Shown piece after piece: positions 58,760-64,000 of a stretch of DNA of 64,000 nt; within the stretch, counting starts at the first letter, position 1, and each line of letters starts with the position of its first letter. The stretch is from positions 2,016,001-2,080,000 of the forward strand of contig CAWDML010000001.1 in assembly GCA_963803435.1 (NCBI GenBank). Direction: 5' to 3'. This DNA is from an uncultured delta proteobacterium (GTDB lineage Bacteria > Myxococcota > Kuafuiibacteriia > Kuafuiibacteriales > Kuafuiibacteriaceae). The notes beneath the pieces were generated by a model. It worked only from the letters and a program-made list of their open reading frames with translations, was not told the origin of the DNA and ran no database searches. Made by a program: the position numbers and the translations under genes.

Positions 58760-59007
58760 CAACGTGACGCGTGATCACGTTGAGACGATTTCAGAGGTTG
58801 ATCTGGGCGATGTTGATGATCAGCGACGCCAGCGCGCGCTCGTCGTAGTGCCGGGTGGCCTCCTCGGTGAGCGCCAGCGCGGCGCGTTCGGCGTCGTTGA
58901 AGTAGGGAGAGTCCCGCCAGGCGGCCACCGCGAAGAGCCGTTCGTCGGGGTCGACACAAAAGGCGCAGCCGTTGATCTGGCTCGAGGTTCTTCATTCGTG
59001 CTTTCAT
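58760..59007 (-). pseudogene. Carboxymuconolactone decarboxylase/AhpD-family remnant with multiple internal deletions
   Basis: MKARMKN / RASQINGCAFCVD / DERLFAVAAWRDSPYFNDAERAALALTE / EATRHYDERALA..INL*NRLNV. Confidence 0.8.
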
Positions 59008-59106
59008 CGTGAATCTCCTCTGACCCGACAACATTCGAACCGAGCCGCGATCGACACCGATCTCGGGGTCCCCTGTCGAAAATGTGGCGCAGGAGGATCG
59101 ACTGAC

Positions 59107-60486
59107 TTGGGGAGCGTCGGCGAGCGAGCGAGAGAGACGTGGCAGGCGTTTCGCCGGCCCGAGCTCGAGGAGGAGCGGCGCGCGGCCCGGGCGGTCTGGG
59201 GAGCACTGCCGGATTCGCTTCGAACGCCGGACCAGGCGCTCGGCCGGCATTCGGCGGGTTGCGCGGCGACGTACGGCATCATGGAGGCGTGCGACTTCTA
59301 CTGCACCGCCTGCTACCTCGCCGATGAAGCGAACCACACGCCTCCGCTCTCCTTCGAGGCGGTCAAGGCGCAGCTCGATCGGATGCGGCGCTACCTCGGT
59401 CCTTGGGGCAACGCGCAGATCTCGTCGGGGGAGGTCACGCTCCTGCCCTGCGACGATCTGGTCCGGATCATCCGGTACGCCCGTGCGATCGAGCTGAGCC
59501 CGATGCTCATGACGAACGGCCGGAGGATCCTCGAAGATCCGAGCTACCTCGAGCGACTCGTGAACGAAGCCGGGCTCGACAAGATCGCGATCCACATCGA
59601 CACCACGGAGAAGGGGCGCCCCGGCCTGAAGAAGGGGGACCGCGAGGCCGACATCCACTGGATCCGCGACGCATTCGCGCGCCTCGTCCGCGAGACACGG
59701 CGGCGCACCGGGCGACCGCTGGCCGCGGCCCAGACCTTCACGGTCACCGACGAGAGCTTCGACGACGTCCCTGACGTGATGCGCTGGATGGCGAGGAACG
59801 CAGACGCCTTTAGGATGATCAGCTTCCAGCCGACCGCCTCCGTCGGCCGCACCCGGGCGCACCGGCGGCCGGAGCCCGTGTCGCGGCTCTGGGAGAAGAT
59901 CGACGCGGGGCTCGGCGCCGCCGTGAACCCATCGCCGTTCCTGTTCGGCCACCCGGAGTGCAACCAGGTCTCGCTCTCGTTCGTCGTCTGCTTTCTGAAT
60001 GGCGACAGTGAAGAAGAGGTCCACCTCCTCGACGTCGCCCGCAAGGGCGTGGCCGAGGATGCCCGGTTCTTCCGGACGCTGCTCAACAAAGGATTCCAGG
60101 GCTTCTCTCCGGACGGCGAGCCGGACCGGATCCTTCTCGCTCGGATCCTCGGGCGTATCGCACGGCGTCCGCGCTTCCTCCCCGAGATCCTCGGCTACTG
60201 CGCCTCCCGTACCTGGGGAGAGCGCTCCTGGATCCCCCGGCTGGTGCGGGCCGCGCTCGCCGGGCGGCGTTGGTACGTGAAACCGCTGGTGGTGGTGGTG
60301 CACAACTTCATGAGCGCGGACGATCTGGCCACTCCGCTCGGCCAGGAGCGGCTCGCGGCCTGCGCCTTCCGGGTACCGGTCGACGGGCGCATGGTCTCGA
60401 TGTGCGAGCTGAACGGGACAGCGCTCCGAGCCGAGCTCAACCGGAGCGCGCAGGAGCGACTGGTACAGCTCCGCACCCCCGGGTGA
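59107..60486 (+). CDS. Radical SAM protein; start uncertain
   Basis: CDFYCTAC (CxxxCxxC), SSGEVT and MTNG motifs; C-terminal AC.F....MC. Confidence 0.88.
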   Translation: MGSVGERARETWQAFRRPELEEERRAARAVWGALPDSLRTPDQALGRHSAGCAATYGIMEACDFYCTACYLADEANHTPPLSFEAVKAQLDRMRRYLGPWGNAQISSGEVTLLPCDDLVRIIRYARAIELSPMLMTNGRRILEDPSYLERLVNEAGLDKIAIHIDTTEKGRPGLKKGDREADIHWIRDAFARLVRETRRRTGRPLAAAQTFTVTDESFDDVPDVMRWMARNADAFRMISFQPTASVGRTRAHRRPEPVSRLWEKIDAGLGAAVNPSPFLFGHPECNQVSLSFVVCFLNGDSEEEVHLLDVARKGVAEDARFFRTLLNKGFQGFSPDGEPDRILLARILGRIARRPRFLPEILGYCASRTWGERSWIPRLVRAALAGRRWYVKPLVVVVHNFMSADDLATPLGQERLAACAFRVPVDGRMVSMCELNGTALRAELNRSAQERLVQLRTPG

Positions 60487-60547
60487 GCGACGCGCTGCGC
60501 GTCTTCTGTTCGGCCTCAGCTCCCTGCGCGGAAGACCGGCCGCCGCG

Positions 60548-60750
60548 TCACGGGATCAGGTCGAGCGCCGCCAAGCTCGTGATCGCGCCGATGCCGACCA
60601 CGAGCAGGCGAATCCGCGCTGGCGTCGACACACGGAGGGCTCGGACCGGGAGCCACGCCGGGTAGCCGAGGTGTGCCATCGTCTCGGTGATGCGCTCCGC
60701 GTGCGTGACCTCGTTGATGCCTCCGAAGGCGAGGATTTCGTAGAGGCGAT
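60548..60750 (-). pseudogene. DoxX-like family fragment
   Basis: Minus frame reads AFGGINEVTHAERITETMAHLGYPAW, the HLGYP motif of DoxX-like proteins; the rest is missing. Confidence 0.45.
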
Positions 60751-60817
60751 GACGGCGTGGCGCCTGATTTAAGCAGCATTAAGCCGCACCGCTCGGGCGC
60801 GAAGCATAGAGCGAGTC

Positions 60818-62419
60818 ATGCCAAACCGCTGGTTGTTCTCCCTCTTGGTCTGTTGTCTCGCCCTGGGCTGTTCTGAGGGCTCGGAGCTTCTGTCCGATCC
60901 GGAGGGCGGTAGGGAAGGTGAGACCTTCGATGCAGGTGCGCCCGATGGCGACGTGGACTCGGGTCCGGTCGATCGGCTGCTGGACCAGGACCACAGCTTC
61001 CGGCTCCTCGCGTTCAGCGCGGATGGCCGCCAACTGGCCTTCCTCCGCGATCTCACGGACGGCGTGCTGGGGACCCTGTTCCTGTACGACGTCACTCGCG
61101 GCGATCGGGTGCAGATCGACGAACGGGTGGTCACGGTCTTCGCCGACGTGTCGATCGCGCCCGACGGGTCGTGGGTGCTGTATCGCCGTGCGCCCGACTC
61201 CAACGAGGACTTCTCGTACGTCAACGATCTCTATCTGTGGCGCGCCGGCCAGGGCGCCCCGGAGCGGATCGGGGAGCGGGTGCTACGGAACGCGGCCCGA
61301 GTCTCGCCCGATGGGAACACGGTCCTCTACGTCACCGATCGAGCGCTCCACGCGCGCGATCTCACCCGCGGCGTCGACACGTTGCTCTCTGAGGCGGTCG
61401 TCGCCTCACCGTATCTATCCACCGACGAGATGATCCCGGTGAGCCCGGACGGGAGGTGGGCCGCATATCTCGCCGATCGGCCGGTGGCGCTGGCGGTGGT
61501 GGATCTCGAGACCCTGCACGCGACCCGGTTCGAGACGAGGGCCGTCTTACGAACGATCCGTTTCGATTCCCGGAGTCGCCTCCTGGCGGTGGTGGGCGAC
61601 GCCGCGGGGACGCACCTCGAGCGTCGAGACCTCACCGCCGGCACGCCCCCAGCGACGACCCGCGGCGGCGGGCCCAACAACCCGTCGTTCGCGACCACCG
61701 AGGACGGCCGCTTCGTCGCGTACCCCGTCGACGGGCGGCTCAGTTGGGAGGATCTCGATACCGGCCGGAGCGGTCCGGTCGCCGACGACGTCGACTTCCA
61801 GCAATACCGATTCGTCGCTGGGACGAACCGGCTCGTCTACGCCACCCACCGCGATCCGAGGGACGCGTCGGGAGAGCTCTTCGCGCTCGATCTCGAGACC
61901 GGTAACACCGCGGACCTCGGCGGAGGGCGGAGCCTCGGTGAGCCCAGCCTCGGCGCTGTCGTGTCCGCGCCGGACGGCGATCGGCTCGCCTTTCACCCCG
62001 CGGGCGTCTGCGACCTGATCGCCTATGCCTTCTCGAGCGACCGGTCCGAGACGATCGGGCGTGGCTGCAAGCTCGAGTTCGTCGACGGCGGCCGCTCGCT
62101 GCTCTATGGGACCGACGCCGTCCGTGGCACACCGCTCTGGCTGCATCGGTTCGGGCTGCCAGGACCCGATGTGCAGCTGACCACCGGACCGATCGCGTGG
62201 TGGTTTACTTCACCGAACGGAACGAAGGGCGCGGCGATCACCGATCGGCCCGGCTCCGGTTGGCGGTCGGTGACCGCCGCGGATTGGGTCAGTGGGACGC
62301 GCCGGGAGCTGAGCCCCAGCGAAGGCGGCGTCGGCGACGTCGTCGTCTCCAACACTCACATCGCCTACCTGATCTCGGCGTACGGCCACGACGGGCTCTA
62401 CCTGAGCCTGCTCCCCTGA
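60818..62419 (+). CDS. TolB-like (PD40) beta-propeller lipoprotein
   Basis: Lipobox ALGC; repeated SPDG/SADG/APDG blades. Confidence 0.8.
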   Translation: MPNRWLFSLLVCCLALGCSEGSELLSDPEGGREGETFDAGAPDGDVDSGPVDRLLDQDHSFRLLAFSADGRQLAFLRDLTDGVLGTLFLYDVTRGDRVQIDERVVTVFADVSIAPDGSWVLYRRAPDSNEDFSYVNDLYLWRAGQGAPERIGERVLRNAARVSPDGNTVLYVTDRALHARDLTRGVDTLLSEAVVASPYLSTDEMIPVSPDGRWAAYLADRPVALAVVDLETLHATRFETRAVLRTIRFDSRSRLLAVVGDAAGTHLERRDLTAGTPPATTRGGGPNNPSFATTEDGRFVAYPVDGRLSWEDLDTGRSGPVADDVDFQQYRFVAGTNRLVYATHRDPRDASGELFALDLETGNTADLGGGRSLGEPSLGAVVSAPDGDRLAFHPAGVCDLIAYAFSSDRSETIGRGCKLEFVDGGRSLLYGTDAVRGTPLWLHRFGLPGPDVQLTTGPIAWWFTSPNGTKGAAITDRPGSGWRSVTAADWVSGTRRELSPSEGGVGDVVVSNTHIAYLISAYGHDGLYLSLLP

Positions 62420-62435
62420 TCGCGCGACGAATCGG

Positions 62436-64000
62436 TCAGGCGCGCGCGGGCTCCTCCGGCCCTGGTGAGAGCACGATCTCGAGGTGCGGGCCGAGGCGGT
62501 AGCCCGATTCCCCGGAGACCAGCACGTCCGCCAGCCCGAGCTTCCGCAAGGTGGTGATCGCGACGTAGACGCGGTTCGCGGCCGCGGCAGCGCGGATGGT
62601 CTCGCCCGGCCAAGCCGCTGCGCGCAGCGTCTCCATCGACGACCACCGGCCACCCTGGAGCGCGGCTTCGGTCAGGTGCTGCATCATCAGCCGCAACGGG
62701 ACGCGTCGTGAGAGGTCGATCCATGAACCATGGGGTGGACGGACGAAGCGAACCGCGCCACCGACGACGAGCGCGTTCGGGCCGCCGTCCCCGAAGCCCG
62801 CGATCAGCTTCCCGAGCATCCGCGTGAAGAGCCTCGCATCATCGGAACGATTGAGGAGCGTCCGAGCTCGCTCGATCCGGGACTCGGCCTCACGGACGCG
62901 CGCGCCGCTCTCCGCGATACGATCGGCGAGCCACGCGCGTTGGGCGAGCGCCACTTCGAGGAAGGCGCCTGCGAGCTCGGCGATCCCGATGCCGAGCTCG
63001 TCGCGCGGCCGGGAGAGCAAGGACTCGGCGGCGAGCAAGCGCGGCGCGGCGGCGCGTCCCAGCATGGCCTCGACGCAAGCGAGACGGATCATGCCCAAGC
63101 CGAGCGAACGCTGGTCGTCGATCTCCGCGAGGAGCTCGAGCGCACGCTGGTGGCACGCGACCGCCTGCTCGAGCTCGCCGCGCTCGTGGTGGAGTACGCC
63201 GCGATTGCCGATGGTGATGGCGAGCTGGCGATGGTCGCTCACGCGCTCGAGGATGAGCAACGCCTCGTGATAGCGGAGAGCCGCCCGCTCCAGATCGCCG
63301 CGCTCGTGCTCGAGCAAGCCCAGGTTGCCGAGGAACAGTCCTTCGTGCCGGAGGTCCCCGACCTCGCGATCGATCGCCAGCGCCGCCTGATAGGCCTCCT
63401 CGGCCCGGCGATAGTCTCGCCGATCGTGCTCGACGGCGCCGAGATTGCCGAGCGCTCGTCCCTCGGCCCGGCGATGTCCGTGCGTCCTGTGGATCGCGAG
63501 CGCTTCCCGGTAGAGCGACTCGGCTTCGGTCAGCCGCCGCTCCTGCTGGCGCAGCACCCCGAGATCCACGATCAGGGTGCCCTCCTCGAGAGCATCGCCG
63601 CTCGACCGCGCCACCGAGAGGGCGGAGCTCAGGTCCTGCTCCGCCCGATCGATGCGACCCATACGCTGCAGGATCCGAGCGCGGGCCCGCAGAAGTTTGG
63701 GCTCACTCGAGCGGAGGAGCAGCGCGCGCTCGAGGAGCTCGAGGTAGCGCTGGTAAGGTCCCCGAGCGCCGATGATGGGCTCGACGGCAGCGAGCGCGTG
63801 GATCGCCTCGGGCGTGAGCTCCTCGGTCCCTTCGAGCGAGCGCTCGGCGGCGATCAGAAGGTTGGCGCGTTCGTCCCCGACGTCCACCGCGGCTGCGGCG
63901 AAGTGAGCGGCGTGCCTGGTCCAAACAGCCTTTGCCTCGCCGCTCGCCCGAAGCCTTCGCTCGGCGAAATCGCGGATGCTCTCGAACATGGAGAAACGAC
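62436..64000 (-). CDS. STAND-type ATPase/TPR regulator, C-terminal part with winged HTH (starts beyond right edge)
   Basis: RFSMFESIRDFA post-NTPase motif; TPRs (ALGNLG); WPGE...NRVYVAITTLRKLGL...GYRL wHTH. Confidence 0.8.
   Translation of the reverse strand, partial: RFSMFESIRDFAERRLRASGEAKAVWTRHAAHFAAAAVDVGDERANLLIAAERSLEGTEELTPEAIHALAAVEPIIGARGPYQRYLELLERALLLRSSEPKLLRARARILQRMGRIDRAEQDLSSALSVARSSGDALEEGTLIVDLGVLRQQERRLTEAESLYREALAIHRTHGHRRAEGRALGNLGAVEHDRRDYRRAEEAYQAALAIDREVGDLRHEGLFLGNLGLLEHERGDLERAALRYHEALLILERVSDHRQLAITIGNRGVLHHERGELEQAVACHQRALELLAEIDDQRSLGLGMIRLACVEAMLGRAAAPRLLAAESLLSRPRDELGIGIAELAGAFLEVALAQRAWLADRIAESGARVREAESRIERARTLLNRSDDARLFTRMLGKLIAGFGDGGPNALVVGGAVRFVRPPHGSWIDLSRRVPLRLMMQHLTEAALQGGRWSSMETLRAAAWPGETIRAAAAANRVYVAITTLRKLGLADVLVSGESGYRLGPHLEIVLSPGPEEPARA

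Overview
GC-rich bacterial chromosome window. The gene content (FHA-sigma54 activator, PEGA, MopE-type/FG-GAP lipoproteins, tandem lspA-lspA-lgt, Ser/Thr kinase) points to a Myxococcota-like organism; this is an inference. Recognisable genes include priA, tyrS, lgt, two lspA, a czcD-type CDF transporter, qor, a QueA-like protein and a complete oleABCD olefin/beta-lactone operon. Accessory content includes a DUF4331/TPR/propeller cluster with two matching ECF-type promoters, and a tightly linked MoxR AAA+ / zincin-vWA / HEAT-repeat three-gene operon, the best candidate for an undescribed system. There are also two internally deleted IS elements with ~70-bp subterminal inverted repeats, one carrying a four-helix-bundle passenger gene, and several deletion-riddled pseudogenes. 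About seven single-base frameshifts in six otherwise intact genes look like long-read assembly errors. No rRNA, tRNA or CRISPR array was seen. All calls come from motif recognition by eye; no searches were run.
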